Shown here: piece by piece, positions 23,044 to 33,510 of the stretch
Layout: each line of letters opens with the position of its first letter
How positions within the stretch are numbered: position 1 is the first letter of the stretch
DNA from: an uncultured Gemmatimonadaceae bacterium
Lineage (GTDB): Bacteria; Gemmatimonadota; Gemmatimonadetes; Gemmatimonadales; Gemmatimonadaceae
Assembly (NCBI GenBank): GCA_963829055.1
Contig: CAWHHI010000004.1
Location: 224,001 to 288,000, forward strand
Direction: 5' to 3'
DNA length: 64,000 nucleotides
Translations under genes and position numbers: made by a program
Notes under the pieces: model-generated
Told to the model about the DNA's origin: nothing
Seen by the model: only the letters and a program-made list of their open reading frames with translations
The model's database searches: none

Positions 23044-24723
23044 CTAACGACCGCCGCTTCCCGTCGTATCGCTCCCGACCGCCGCGACGTTGTCGTCGCG
23101 CACGCGCTCGATGAACGTCCGATACGGATCGATCCCGGCCTGCGTGGGCCGGCGCGGCACGATGACGGTGATCGTCTGCTTGCCGCTGCGTATGCGGTGC
23201 TGCTTGAGGTACAGAGTGTCGCCCAGGCCATCCGGACTCCCGGTTCGCTTGGCGAAGACCCCCACGTCCACGAGGTCGTCCATCGGGATCGGCGTCTTGT
23301 TGCCGATGCTGTCCGCGCGCGCTTTCGACGCGTCGACGAACAGCCTAACGCGGTACGCCCCGCCCCCCGCGGGCTCGGCTTTCGCCGAATCGGCGCGGAC
23401 ATCCCAGATCGTGATGTGCTCGAACAGGTCCGACAGCAGTGGCTTGAGCGAGTCCGGGGTGGCTGCCTTGAGCTCGGCGTAGAGCGCGCGCGATGTCGGC
23501 GGCGGCGCGTTCGCGCCGGCGTACTTGTCGTGGAAGCGGCGCAGCGCGCCGTTCACCGCGTCGGCGCCGAGGCGCTCGCGCAGGGTGTACATTGCGACGG
23601 CGCCTTTCATGTAATAGACGTAGCTCTGGTTCACCACGTCGAGCAGCGGCACCTCGCGGTTCGTGTAGACGGTCCGGCCGGAGAGGTACGTCTTCATGAC
23701 GTAGTCGTAGAAGTCGCGCACCATCGCCTCGCCGTACTCCTTCTCCAGCACCATCATCGAGCTGTACTGCGCAAGCGTCTCGGAGACGAAGCTGGCGCCG
23801 GGCGCCGACGCGGGGATCACCTGCCCGCCCCACCACTGGTGGGCGGTCTCGTGCGCGACGACGAAGAACGTGCGGTCGACGCCGCCGGAGTCGATGCGCG
23901 TGAGGAACGCGCTACCCTCGGAGAACGCGATCGTGCCGGGGTGCGCCCGAGCCCCCGCCGCGTACAGCGGGAACTCGACGACGCGGAGCTCATTGAACTG
24001 ATACGGGCCGAAGTGCTCGCCGTAGTACGCGAGCGAGGCGCGCATGCTGCGGATCATCCGGTCGACGTTCACGTCGTGCGCCGGATGATAGTAGACGGCG
24101 AGCGCCACGCCCTGCGCCGTGTCCCTGCGGACCGCGTACTCCGCGGACAGGACGGCGGTGCCGAAGCGGGTGGGCTGGTCGGTCCGGTAGTGGAAGTAGC
24201 GGCGGCCATTCTCGGTCCATTCGCGGACGAGCCTTCCGGGCGAGATGGCCGTGTGGCGCGGGTCGGTCCCGATGATCGTCTCGCCGTCCACCAGCTGCAC
24301 CGGCTTCAATCCCGCTCGCGTCTCCACGTCCCCCGCGCTCGGCGCCACCGCACGGGGAGGGAGGCCGAGCTCGCGGCGCTTCGTCTCGTCGGTGAGCTCT
24401 CGGCTGGGTGAGTAGCCCAGGACCGGCATCCAGGGGGCATCCTGGCGCTCGGGCACATAGCCTACCTGTGCCCTCACCCCCGGCCCATCCCGCCCGGTAT
24501 CGAGCCCGAAGACCTCCGCGGTGCCAGCGTCGGGACGCTCCAGGTTCATGAGCACCTTGAACAGGGTGCTCTTGCCGGCGCCGTTGACCCCGACGAGGAC
24601 GTATACCGCCCCTTCAGGGACTCGCAGGTCCACCTCGTGAAGCGCGGACTCGCGGCCGTAGCGCTTGGACAACCCGTGCGTGGCCACCGCGTAGTCGCCA
24701 ATCCGTGGGTCGGTGTAGATCAC
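23044..24723 (-). CDS. Chimeric ORF: N-terminal ABC ATPase fragment fused to a C-terminal M1 aminopeptidase domain
   Basis: Walker A GVNGAGKST and GYVPE but no signature or Walker B motif; then VVAHETAHQWWG...SETLAQY...YYMKG. Confidence 0.75.
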   Translation of the reverse strand: MIYTDPRIGDYAVATHGLSKRYGRESALHEVDLRVPEGAVYVLVGVNGAGKSTLFKVLMNLERPDAGTAEVFGLDTGRDGPGVRAQVGYVPERQDAPWMPVLGYSPSRELTDETKRRELGLPPRAVAPSAGDVETRAGLKPVQLVDGETIIGTDPRHTAISPGRLVREWTENGRRYFHYRTDQPTRFGTAVLSAEYAVRRDTAQGVALAVYYHPAHDVNVDRMIRSMRASLAYYGEHFGPYQFNELRVVEFPLYAAGARAHPGTIAFSEGSAFLTRIDSGGVDRTFFVVAHETAHQWWGGQVIPASAPGASFVSETLAQYSSMMVLEKEYGEAMVRDFYDYVMKTYLSGRTVYTNREVPLLDVVNQSYVYYMKGAVAMYTLRERLGADAVNGALRRFHDKYAGANAPPPTSRALYAELKAATPDSLKPLLSDLFEHITIWDVRADSAKAEPAGGGAYRVRLFVDASKARADSIGNKTPIPMDDLVDVGVFAKRTGSPDGLGDTLYLKQHRIRSGKQTITVIVPRRPTQAGIDPYRTFIERVRDDNVAAVGSDTTGSGGR

Positions 24724-25145
24724 GCGGCTCCTTCCTCCTCACCAGGTGCGATGGCAGAGGTCGACGGCGATCCTTCCCCCTCGGCCGCCACTTCCCAGAT
24801 CATTGGGACCAGCTCGTCTACCCCGAGCCCGTTGCGCCGCGCCTCGACCACCGCGCGCTCGGCCACTCCGCGGACGAGGGCACGCCGTTCTCGGCGGTCG
24901 GGGTGAATGGTGGGCGCCACGAAGGTCCCCTGTCCCCGCCGTACGTAGATCACGCCCTCGCCCTCCAACTCCCGGTAAGCCTGCGACACTGTGCGCGGAT
25001 TGACCACCAGCTGGCCGGCGAGCTCCCGGACGGACGGCAGGGGGTCCTCGGCCCGGAGCGTGCCGTCCAGGAGCGCGCGCCGGACCTGATCCACGATCTG
25101 CACGTACAGTGGCCGCTCGTCGCGAGGATCAAGGGTGACAAGCAT
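24720..25145 (-). CDS. GntR-family (YtrA subfamily) regulator
   Basis: PLYVQIVDQV...LPSVRELA...VNPRTVSQAYRELE...RRGQGTFV; overlaps the ABC start. Confidence 0.92.
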   Translation of the reverse strand: MLVTLDPRDERPLYVQIVDQVRRALLDGTLRAEDPLPSVRELAGQLVVNPRTVSQAYRELEGEGVIYVRRGQGTFVAPTIHPDRRERRALVRGVAERAVVEARRNGLGVDELVPMIWEVAAEGEGSPSTSAIAPGEEEGAA

Positions 25146-25161
25146 CAGTGCTCGGTGTTGC

Positions 25162-25178
25162 AGTGTGTATGCTACACT
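25162..25178. promoter_or_regulatory. Candidate YtrA/GntR operator
   Basis: AGTGT-GTATGCT-ACACT inverted repeat about 17 nt upstream of the gntR start. Confidence 0.45.
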
Positions 25179-25770
25179 AGATCTTTCCGCAGTGCCGCGC
25201 AAGCGCGGGGTGCTCAGGCCGACGCTGCAGGGCTTTCGCTGCGCCCCCGCGTCCGTGCACTACCGGTGCGGCACACCGACACGGTGGTCCCGATGCACAC
25301 GCTCCACGTCGCGACGCGGGGCTATTGACGCCCGGCACGACGTGCGCGCGTCCCTGGTGCCTAGCGCCTCACCAAGCGCGTGTGGCGAACCGTCAGCCAG
25401 CGGGGTTCGCGAAGCGCTGATTCCACGGACGCACGTCGTGGGTAGTGTCGTAGGCGTTCCATGACGCCGATGCGTGGCACGGAGACCGTCGATCACGAAT
25501 CGACCGCGCGGTCGCCTTGAAACTCGCGCGCGGACTGCGCGTGCGGATGATCCTCTAGGCGCAGCGTCTAGAAAGACGCATGGGCCCGAGTTGGTCATGG
25601 GCAGCTAGAGCAGAAAGCTTCGGCGGTGCAGCCTGGTGCCGATTGTGGTGCCACTTCAACGTGGCAAACTACGACATTGAGGCCGTCGAAAACGGCAGAT
25701 CGCGCCGGCCATCCCCCAAGTTTGTCTGTTCGGTTAATCGCTCCCACTTCATAGGAAACGTCTACATCCC

Positions 25771-26148
25771 ATGCCTGCTCTCGTGTCGTCCGTCGTGGTC
25801 CGCACGATCGTGCTACTCACGTGCTCGAACGTCTTCATGACGTTCGCCTGGTACGCGCACCTCCGGAATCTGAGTGGGCGTCCGTGGTACGTGGCGGCGC
25901 TGGTGAGCTGGGGGATCGCGCTGTTCGAGTACCTGCTGCAGGTGCCCGCGAACCGCATCGGCTACACGCAGCTCAGCCTCGCGCAGCTCAAGATCCTGCA
26001 GGAAGTGATCACGTTAGGCGTATTCGTCCCGTTTGCCGTGTTCTACATGCGGCAGCCACTGCGCTGGGACTACCTCTGGGCGGCGTTATGCATCCTCGGC
26101 GCCGTGTACTTCATGTTTCGCGGCGGCGCCGGCGCGCACGCCGGATGA
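25771..26148 (+). CDS. DMT-superfamily small membrane protein (DUF486-like)
   Basis: SNVFMTFAWYAHL...SWGIALFEYLLQVPANRIG...QLKILQEVITL. Confidence 0.88.
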   Translation: MPALVSSVVVRTIVLLTCSNVFMTFAWYAHLRNLSGRPWYVAALVSWGIALFEYLLQVPANRIGYTQLSLAQLKILQEVITLGVFVPFAVFYMRQPLRWDYLWAALCILGAVYFMFRGGAGAHAG

Positions 26149-26150
26149 AA

Positions 26151-26269
26151 AAAAGGCCTGGTCATCAGTCAGAAAAGGCCCGGTCATCAGTCGTGGGTCG
26201 TATAGTCGTCAGTTTTCAGTCGGTAACTGACTACTGATCACTATATGACCCATGACTGATGACCAGGCC
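26151..26269. repeat. Long intergenic hairpin (~44-bp arms) between convergent genes; possible bidirectional terminator
   Basis: 26177-26220 is the near reverse complement of 26226-26269. The left-arm start is duplicated at 26151-26170. Confidence 0.8.
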
Positions 26270-26276
26270 GTTCAAG

Positions 26277-27287
26277 CTACGGTGCTACGATGGTTCCCAT
26301 CTTGACGAGCTCGAAGTTCGCGGCGGTGAGCTGCCCGAGCTTGGCGAGGTTGTCGTCGCTCCAGCGTGAGTCGGGCGCGCCGCTGATGTAGAAGCCGCTG
26401 CCGTTGTCGGCGAGGAACATCCCGTACTTCTTGAGCGCCGTGAGGATCACGCGCACCTCGGGCGGATACGTCGAGATGTCGAAGTCCGCCTTGAGGCGGA
26501 CGCGCGCGCCCATCGGCATGTAGCTCGTGCTCGTTTGCGAGCTCGCCCAGTGACGCGCGGGCGAGATGTATGCCTTGCGCGTCGTCGGACAGGTGAACCG
26601 CAGCGCGTGGTTGATCGCGCCCTTGATCACCGCTTCGTCATAGCGCACGAGTCCGGGGAAGATCGGAAGCCCCGCAGCGTCGGCGGACGTCCAGCCGGCC
26701 GGGCGCAGCGCGTTCGAGCTCAGATCCCAGGTCGCGCCGGAACCTGCGTGCCAGCTCGTGCCACCGTTGAGTGGGTGCGAATCGAACGTCTCGTAGAGCT
26801 TCCAGGCGATCGTGTCGATGACGATCACGTGCCGATCGCCCGTGCCGTTCGGTCCGCCCTCGATGGGCGCGTTCGCCGGGATCGGATACGGTCCGGGGTC
26901 GCTCTCATCCGCGTAGTCGAACGAGACCGGCACCTTGGGCTGCGTTCCGCCCACGAGCACGTACGGAATGCCGTTAGGTGCGCCGTCCCAGACCGTTCCG
27001 AAGTCGGGGTGCACGCGTCGCGTGGAGCCGCCGCAGCTGTTGATGAGCGTCGTGGAGTTCGGATCGACTGGCTGCGCTGAGATGTCCGTGTTCCACGGGT
27101 TGTCCGCGGGGAACACGAGTCGAGCGCCGACGCTGCCGCCTCCGGTCCCAGGCGGCGCGGTGGTGCCGCCGCCTTTCCTGCCATCGGCTGACAGCGTGTC
27201 GGCACCGGGTGACATTGACGTATCACCCGCGCAGGCGGTGCCTAACGTCAGCGCGGCCAGGACTGCGACTGCTGCTTCACGACGCAT
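26277..27287 (-). CDS. Conserved hypothetical lipoprotein
   Basis: Lipobox GTAC; FPADNPWNTDIS, GDRHVIV, WTSADAAGLPIFPGLVRYDE, ALKKYGMFLADNG. Confidence 0.75.
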   Translation of the reverse strand: MRREAAVAVLAALTLGTACAGDTSMSPGADTLSADGRKGGGTTAPPGTGGGSVGARLVFPADNPWNTDISAQPVDPNSTTLINSCGGSTRRVHPDFGTVWDGAPNGIPYVLVGGTQPKVPVSFDYADESDPGPYPIPANAPIEGGPNGTGDRHVIVIDTIAWKLYETFDSHPLNGGTSWHAGSGATWDLSSNALRPAGWTSADAAGLPIFPGLVRYDEAVIKGAINHALRFTCPTTRKAYISPARHWASSQTSTSYMPMGARVRLKADFDISTYPPEVRVILTALKKYGMFLADNGSGFYISGAPDSRWSDDNLAKLGQLTAANFELVKMGTIVAP

Positions 27288-27675
27288 TGCGATACTCCAG
27301 TCGAGGGTTCGTGCACCCGGTGGCCCACGATAACAGTTCGGTTCCGGGCGCGGTGGGCGGCACCGCACGCCTGTGGCGCGTCCGAAGTCGTGTGGCCGAC
27401 GTGCATCAGATCACGGTCGTGCGCGCGTCCGTTCACGCGATGCGTGCACGCGGCACTGTCGTCCGGTTGTGGGACGCTGCGTCCGCCTCTGCGACGCACC
27501 AGCGGCTTCGCGGATCTCCATAGACGACCGCAATGCGTTATCCAGCTTGCGGTTGGCGGAATCGTGATCTGTGGCACCGGCCGTGCCTTTCATGAGAAGA
27601 CAGCCTAGCCGCGTATCAGCGAACGAGCACCCCGCACGCGACGCGATTGTCGCGCGCGTCTATCCGGCCAGCCAA

Positions 27676-30105
27676 ATGTCGAACGATTTTCGTTTCGCGC
27701 TGCGGTCGCTCCGCCGGCGACCCGCGTTTACCGCCGCCGTGTTTCTCACCCTCGCGCTTGGCATCGGCACGAGCACGGCCGTGTTCAGTCTGCTCGATGC
27801 GGCACTGATCCGGCCGCTGCCATTCGCCGATCCATCACGCATCGTGATGCTGTCAGGGGTCTACGGGCCCGAGCGCGCGGTTCGCGGCGCATCTCATCGC
27901 GAGATCCTCGATTGGCGCGAGCTCAACCACTCGTTCAGCGACGTCGCCGCGTACGACGACATCTCGCTCAACCTCCGCACGACCGGCGAACCGCGGCGCG
28001 TAGAGGCGGAGATGGTGTCCGCGAGCTATTTCGACATCGTTGGGGCGACGGCGGCGCGCGGGAGAACGTTCACGCCCGACGAGGACCGTGTTCCCGACGA
28101 GCGGCCAGTCGCCGTGATCAGCCACGCGATGTGGACCACGCGGTTCGGAAGCGACCCAGGCATCATCGGTCGATCCATCACGCTCAACGACCGCCCACTC
28201 ACCATCGTCGGCGTCATGCGCGACGGCTTCCGAGGGATCTCGTTCGACGCCGACGTCTGGGTGCCGATGATGATGATCTCGCTCACCACCGCGCCTTCCA
28301 CGCTCGAGAATCGCGGCAACCGCTGGCTCGGCGCGATCGGACGGATGAAGCCGGGCGTCACGATGTCCGGAGCGCAGCGCGACATGGACGCCGTCGCGGC
28401 GCGCCTCGCGACGGCGTTCCCGGAATCGAACCAGGAACGCGGCGTTAGGCTCTCGACGCTCCAGGACGCCGCGCTCGGCTCCACGCGCGACCTGCTCATC
28501 GCACTGTTCGCCGCGGTGATGGTGTTTCTCGCCATCGCCTGTGCGAACGTCATGAATCTCCAGCTTGTGCGCGCGACGTCGCGTCGTCGCGAGATGGCGC
28601 TGCGTGTCGCCGTGGGCGCCGACCGCGGTGCCTTGCTTCGACAGCTGCTGGCCGAAGGGCTGACGCTGGCAGTGCTCGGCGCAGCGGGCGGCCTAACGCT
28701 CGCGGTGTGGGCGCTCGCCGCCCTGCTGCCACTGCTTCCCACTGGCGCGCTGCCGCCCTGGGTGACGCCCTCGGTGGACTGGCGCGTGATGGCGTTCACG
28801 ACGGTGATGACTCTGGCGTGTGGCGTGTTGTTCGGGCTCGCGCCCGCGTTCCAGGCGCGGCGACTCGTCATCGCCGATTCGCTCAAGGAAGGGGCGCGGT
28901 CTGCCGCCGGCGGCATCACGACGCTGCGTCGCTTCGGCGCCCAACAGCTTCTCGTCGTGTGCGAGGTCGCCCTGGCGCTGATGCTGCTCGTGGGTGGTGG
29001 CCTGATGCTGCGCAGCCTGCAGCGTCAGCTCGGCGTCGAGCCCGGCTTCCGCGCGAACGGCGTCGTGACCGCGCAGATCTCACTGCCGCGTCAGTACAGT
29101 CGATCGGTGCGCACCGACATCGCTCGCCGGTTGGTCGAACGCGTGCGCGCACTTCCGCAGGTCCAGTCCGTCGCCCTCGGGTCGGACGTTCCGCTCGACG
29201 GCAACACCAGCGCCGCGAACATCTTCATCGACGGCGTGACGGACACGCCCATTCGCTTCTACCGCCATCGCGTCACGCCGGACTACTTCGCGACGCTCGG
29301 CATCCCGCTACTTCGCGGTCGCACGTTCGGCGCGGCGGACCGCGACAGCACGCCTCTCGTCGTGGTCATCACGGAGGCGATGGCGCGCCGCTACTGGCCG
29401 AACGACGACGCCGTCGGCCGCCGCATTCGATTCGGCGATGCGACCGGCGTCGAAGCGACCGTGGTCGGCGTCGTTGGGACCGCGCGCTTTCGCGATCTCA
29501 CGTCGAGCGTGATCGCGCCGCGCAGCGAACCCAATGTCTTCGTGTCGTTCGACCAGCGACCGGACATCGATTTTTCGCTGATCGTGCGGACGACGGACGA
29601 GCCGGCTACGTTGGTGAGCGCAATGCAGCGGGAGCTCTCCGCGATCGATCCGGGAATCCCGCTGTACCACGCGGCGCCGCTCGCCGACCTCCTCGGTCGT
29701 CAGACGGCGGCGGCCCGGTTCGGGTCCACTCTTCTCGGGACGTTCAGCATTGTGGCCCTGCTGCTCGCGGCGATCGGCATCTACGGCGTCCTGTCGTTCG
29801 TCATCGGACTGAGCCGACGCGAGATCGCGATCCGCCTCGCACTCGGCGCGACAGTCGGGCGCGTCATCACGCTCATCGTCACGCAGAGCATGCGTCTCGT
29901 CGCCGTGGGTCTCGCGGTTGGTCTCGCCGGCGCGTACCTCACGAGCGGCCTGCTGTCGACGCAGCTGTTCGGCATCTCCGCCACCGATCCGGCGACGTTC
30001 GCCGGCGTCGCCCTCATCGTGCTCGGCGTCGCAGTCGTTGCCAGCTACCTCCCGTCGCGCCTGGCCGCGCGCATCGATCCCCAGCACGCCCTCAAATCCG
30101 ACTGA
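27676..30105 (+). CDS. ADOP duplicated ABC permease (intact, no N-terminal prefix)
   Basis: DFRFALRSLRRRPAF...LALGIG; IACANVMNLQL...RRREMALRVAVGA; RREIAIRLALGA...RIDP. Confidence 0.93.
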   Translation: MSNDFRFALRSLRRRPAFTAAVFLTLALGIGTSTAVFSLLDAALIRPLPFADPSRIVMLSGVYGPERAVRGASHREILDWRELNHSFSDVAAYDDISLNLRTTGEPRRVEAEMVSASYFDIVGATAARGRTFTPDEDRVPDERPVAVISHAMWTTRFGSDPGIIGRSITLNDRPLTIVGVMRDGFRGISFDADVWVPMMMISLTTAPSTLENRGNRWLGAIGRMKPGVTMSGAQRDMDAVAARLATAFPESNQERGVRLSTLQDAALGSTRDLLIALFAAVMVFLAIACANVMNLQLVRATSRRREMALRVAVGADRGALLRQLLAEGLTLAVLGAAGGLTLAVWALAALLPLLPTGALPPWVTPSVDWRVMAFTTVMTLACGVLFGLAPAFQARRLVIADSLKEGARSAAGGITTLRRFGAQQLLVVCEVALALMLLVGGGLMLRSLQRQLGVEPGFRANGVVTAQISLPRQYSRSVRTDIARRLVERVRALPQVQSVALGSDVPLDGNTSAANIFIDGVTDTPIRFYRHRVTPDYFATLGIPLLRGRTFGAADRDSTPLVVVITEAMARRYWPNDDAVGRRIRFGDATGVEATVVGVVGTARFRDLTSSVIAPRSEPNVFVSFDQRPDIDFSLIVRTTDEPATLVSAMQRELSAIDPGIPLYHAAPLADLLGRQTAAARFGSTLLGTFSIVALLLAAIGIYGVLSFVIGLSRREIAIRLALGATVGRVITLIVTQSMRLVAVGLAVGLAGAYLTSGLLSTQLFGISATDPATFAGVALIVLGVAVVASYLPSRLAARIDPQHALKSD

Positions 30106-30108
30106 CCG

Positions 30109-30935
30109 TTGACCACGTTAGGTGGAACCCGACCATCATCGGTCTGCCGTACGATGCCAGCTCTTCCTTTCAACGCGGTCCCGCCGACGCGCCCCCGCTA
30201 ATACGTGAGGCGCTGTGGAGCCCGAGCGCGAACAGCTGGACGGAGCTCGGTGTGAACATTGGGCTCGAAGGCAGGGTGGCTGATGCCGGGGACCTCGAGC
30301 TCGGGACCTGTGCGCCGGCGGATGCGCGTCGCACCATCCAGAATGGCATTGCGCGCCTGCTCGCCATCGGAGCGCGTCCCGTCTCACTCGGCGGCGATCA
30401 CTCGGTGACGTACCCGGTGCTTCGCGCCGTTCGGGCGCATGCGCCCAAGCTCACGATCATCCATGTGGACGCGCACCCCGATCTCTACGATGAGTTCGAG
30501 GGCGACCGGTTTTCGCACGCCTGTCCATTCGCCCGCATCATGGAGGAGGGGCTCGCCGACCGACTTGTGCAGGTGGGCATCCGTACGGCGACGGGGCACC
30601 AGCGGGCGCAGGCCCGTCGGTTCGGCGTCGAGGTCATCGACATGCGGCACGTCCGCGACGACTTGCGCATCGCGCTGGATACGCCGGTCTACATCTCCGT
30701 CGATCTCGACGTTCTCGATCCTGCGTTCGTGCCCGGCGTTTCCCACCGCGAACCGGGCGGCATGTCCGTACGACAACTACTCTCGTTGCTGCAATCGCTC
30801 GAGGCGCCGGTCGTCGCCGCCGACGTCGTGGAGCTGAACCCGAGAAACGACCCAACCGGCGGCTCGGCGATCGTTGCCGGGAAGGTGCTCCGCGAGCTGT
30901 TGGGCGTCATGCTGGGTCGCGATGCCCTCGCGTGA
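30109..30935 (+). CDS. speB: Agmatinase/arginase-family ureohydrolase (start uncertain, probable 5' frameshift)
   Basis: GLPYDASSSF, LGGDHSVT, HVDAHPD, SHACPF, SVDLDVLDP and VVELNP motifs. Confidence 0.85.
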
Positions 30936-31293
30936 GCTCAGCCCGGCCTATCGGACACACGAGATCAACGGGCGAGCAGCGCGCGAGCCGCGCCGAGCCG
31001 GCGGCAGTCCGCGCAGCAACGCCAGCACCAGCCAGGCCCCGGGTCGCCAGTTCAGGCTGCGAAAGCGCACGGAGCGTACCGGGCGATCTCGGCACGAAGC
31101 AATTCGCGGCGTCTGGCGCGCGATCGTCCCAGCGGGGCACCATTCGTCACTCGGCCCTGCGTGCGGCGGGTAATTGGGCTTAGGATGATCGAAGCGGTGA
31201 CTTGCCTATCGCATGTCCCTTGCACGATACTGTATCACTAGGCGCCCGAATCGGGACGTACCGAACGGGCATCCGTTTACGGGAGGAGGCCTC

Positions 31294-31998
31294 ATGCTTC
31301 GCCTCTTGCTCGAGTCCAATACGAGGGGCTTTCAGTTTCGACCGGGCGCCCTCGTGAGCCTCGCGGCTCATTCCATCCTCATCTCGGTCTCCGTGCTCGC
31401 CACACGGGAAGGACCGGTCGAACTCATTGAGGAGGCGCAGGAAAAGGTCGTCTTCCTCGTCCCCATGAACCGCACGAACTCGCCGCCGCCGCGCGAGGAG
31501 AGTGTGCGATTCCTGCGAGTGGGCGAGAAGGCTGGCACTGGCGGATCCGAGGAAAAGATCGTCGACAAGACCGCGACGCGAACAGCGGCAGTCGTCGGAA
31601 AGGGAAAGGAAGAAGGCAAGCCGGAAGAGAAGGCGGAGGAGATCGTTCCCAACGCCATCTGATGACACGGTCGCGACAGCAGTCGATGTCGATTCGACGG
31701 TCACCCGATTTGCCGACAGCGCGGCACCGGCATACCCGCCGAAGCTCCTGGACCTGAAGGTCGAGGGCGGCGCCTACGTCCAGTTTGTCGTAGACACGAC
31801 GGGCCTTCCCAGACACGTCGTCGTTCCGCGTGATCAGCACGACGCACCCGGAGTTTGCCGAGTCGGTGCGCGAGGCGTTACCGGGCAGGCGGGTTCCACC
31901 CGGCGATTCTGCGATCCCGCAAAGTCCGGCAGCTGGTGGAGCAGCCATTCATGTTCAAGATCCTCGCACCGGTGACGCAGGCGTCGGCAAAACCGTAG
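31294..31998 (+). CDS. tonB: Energy transducer TonB-family protein (frameshifted)
   Basis: TM anchor SLAAH; PAYPPKLLDLKVEGGAYVQFVVDTTG; HPEFAESVREALP; VRQLVEQPFMFKI across frames. Confidence 0.75.
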
Positions 31999-32027
31999 GG
32001 AATAGGGAATCGGGAATCGGGAATCGG
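31998..32027 (+). repeat. Heptamer tandem repeat (GGGAATC)x4
   Basis: GGGAATA GGGAATC GGGAATC GGGAATC GG right after the tonB stop. Confidence 0.85.
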
Positions 32028-32039
32028 AGTTGCGGCTTG

Positions 32040-32152
32040 TAGCTGGCAGCTCGTGCTGGTCGCTGGTCGAGAGCAAAGAACCCCCGGGACGCCACGAACT
32101 GGCTTCCCGGGGTTTGCTTTTCCGACCAGCGACCAGCACGAGCGACCAGCTA
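32040..32152. repeat. Long hairpin with GCTGGTC-heptamer arms upstream of the ECF sigma gene
   Basis: TAGCTGGCAGCTCGTGCTGGTCGCTGGTCG...CCCCGGGA/TCCCGGGG...CGACCAGCGACCAGCACGAGCGACCAGCTA. Confidence 0.8.
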
Positions 32153-32250
32153 CCAGCTTCTCGTTGTTCGTGTATCGAACGGTATTTCGTCGAATCGTGT
32201 CTGACCTTCCGAAGCCGATGCCAAGAGCCGCGATCGCACGTGACGAGACG

Positions 32251-32790
32251 GTGACGCTGGACGAACGGGCGTTGATCGCCCGTGTCCTCGAAGGAGACCG
32301 GGTTGCCGGGCGCCAGTTGTATGAGGCGCACGCGACCCGGGTGCACCGGCTCGTCTATCGGCTCTGTGGGGACGCGGAATTGGCGCAGGATTTCACGCAG
32401 GACACGTTCGTACGCGCGTTCGACCAGCTGAGCCGCTTTCGCGGCGACGCGGCGTTCGGCACCTGGATCCATCGGATCGCAGTCACAGTCACGCTGAATG
32501 GGATGCGCAAGGTGAAGCGACTACGCGAACGGGAAACGACGCTCGACGATGACCCGGGAATCGGCACCGTATCGCATTGGGCCGACCCGGATCTCCGGAG
32601 CCGGATCGCCGCGGCGATCGACGCGCTCCCCGAAGGGACACGGATGACGCTGATCATGCACGACATAGAGGGGTACACCCATGCCGAGATCGCCGAGTCG
32701 TTAGGCATCGCGGAGGGGACGAGCAAGTCACGGTTGTTCGATGCGCGCGGCAAGCTCCGATTGGCGCTCGCTGCGTTCGTGAAGGAGTAA
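32251..32790 (+). CDS. ECF (sigma-70 group 4) RNA polymerase sigma factor (alternative start 32218)
   Basis: AQDFTQDTFVRAF...FGTWIHRIAV; LPEGTR...EGYTHAEIAESLGIAEGTSKSRLFDAR. Confidence 0.92.
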   Translation: MTLDERALIARVLEGDRVAGRQLYEAHATRVHRLVYRLCGDAELAQDFTQDTFVRAFDQLSRFRGDAAFGTWIHRIAVTVTLNGMRKVKRLRERETTLDDDPGIGTVSHWADPDLRSRIAAAIDALPEGTRMTLIMHDIEGYTHAEIAESLGIAEGTSKSRLFDARGKLRLALAAFVKE

Positions 32791-33472
32791 TGGATATGAC
32801 GGAAGACGAGATGGACGAACGGACTCGTGAGGCGCTGCGCGGCTACCGCGTGCCGCCCGAGCCACCGCTCGACGAATGTGGGACGCGATCGAAGCGCGGC
32901 ATTTCGGCGCGCCGGTCGTCGCTCCTCACCGACCGCGCGCCTGCCCGCGGTCGCTCCTCACGACGTTGGCGCCTCGGCGCACCGTCATGGGGTGTGCTGG
33001 TGGTCGGCATGGCCGCGACGTTGCTGCTCGGGGTAGGCGTCGGACGGATGTCGCGGACCATCGCGCCGACATATGACGCAGAACGATGTCCGGCGACGGT
33101 CGGTACGACTACTGGACAGCCAACGCGAGCCGTATCGCCGGGCGACCACGGAATACCTGGGAGAGACGGTGGCGCTGTTGACCGCGCTTCCGGCGGCCGC
33201 TCGTGACGGTCAGCCCGACGCGCGCTTCGTCACCCAGGCCGGCGATCTGCTCTCGACCACGCGGCTGCTGCTGGACTCACCAGCTGCGGCCTCCGATCCG
33301 CGGCTCAAGAGCCTGCTCGAAGATCTCGAGCTCGTGCTCGGCGCAGCTCGCGCGGCTGCCGGCCGAGCACGGGGGACCCGAGCTCAATCTGATCACCGAA
33401 GCGCTCGTGCAGCGCGACGTCGTGCCGCGGTTGCGGTCGGCCGTCGTGAGCATTTCGAGCAGCGACGACTAG
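32790..33472 (+). CDS. Putative membrane-anchored anti-sigma factor (frameshifted)
   Basis: Overlaps the sigma stop. PPLDEMWDAIEAR, one TM helix (MAATLLLGVGVGR) and a helical C-terminus LLEDLELVLAQLARL. Confidence 0.6.
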
Positions 33473-33510
33473 CCCTACTCGCTTACACACTCGCCTACCG
33501 GGACGTGACG

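Noticed and set aside
25200..25760. Possible ncRNA or gene remnant in a long intergenic gap
   Set aside because: No recognisable RNA motif, repeat or convincing ORF.
28707..30935. 742-aa ORF with an agmatinase C-terminus
   Set aside because: The first ~465 aa are an Arg-rich off-frame shadow of the permease. Only ~30109-30935 is coding.
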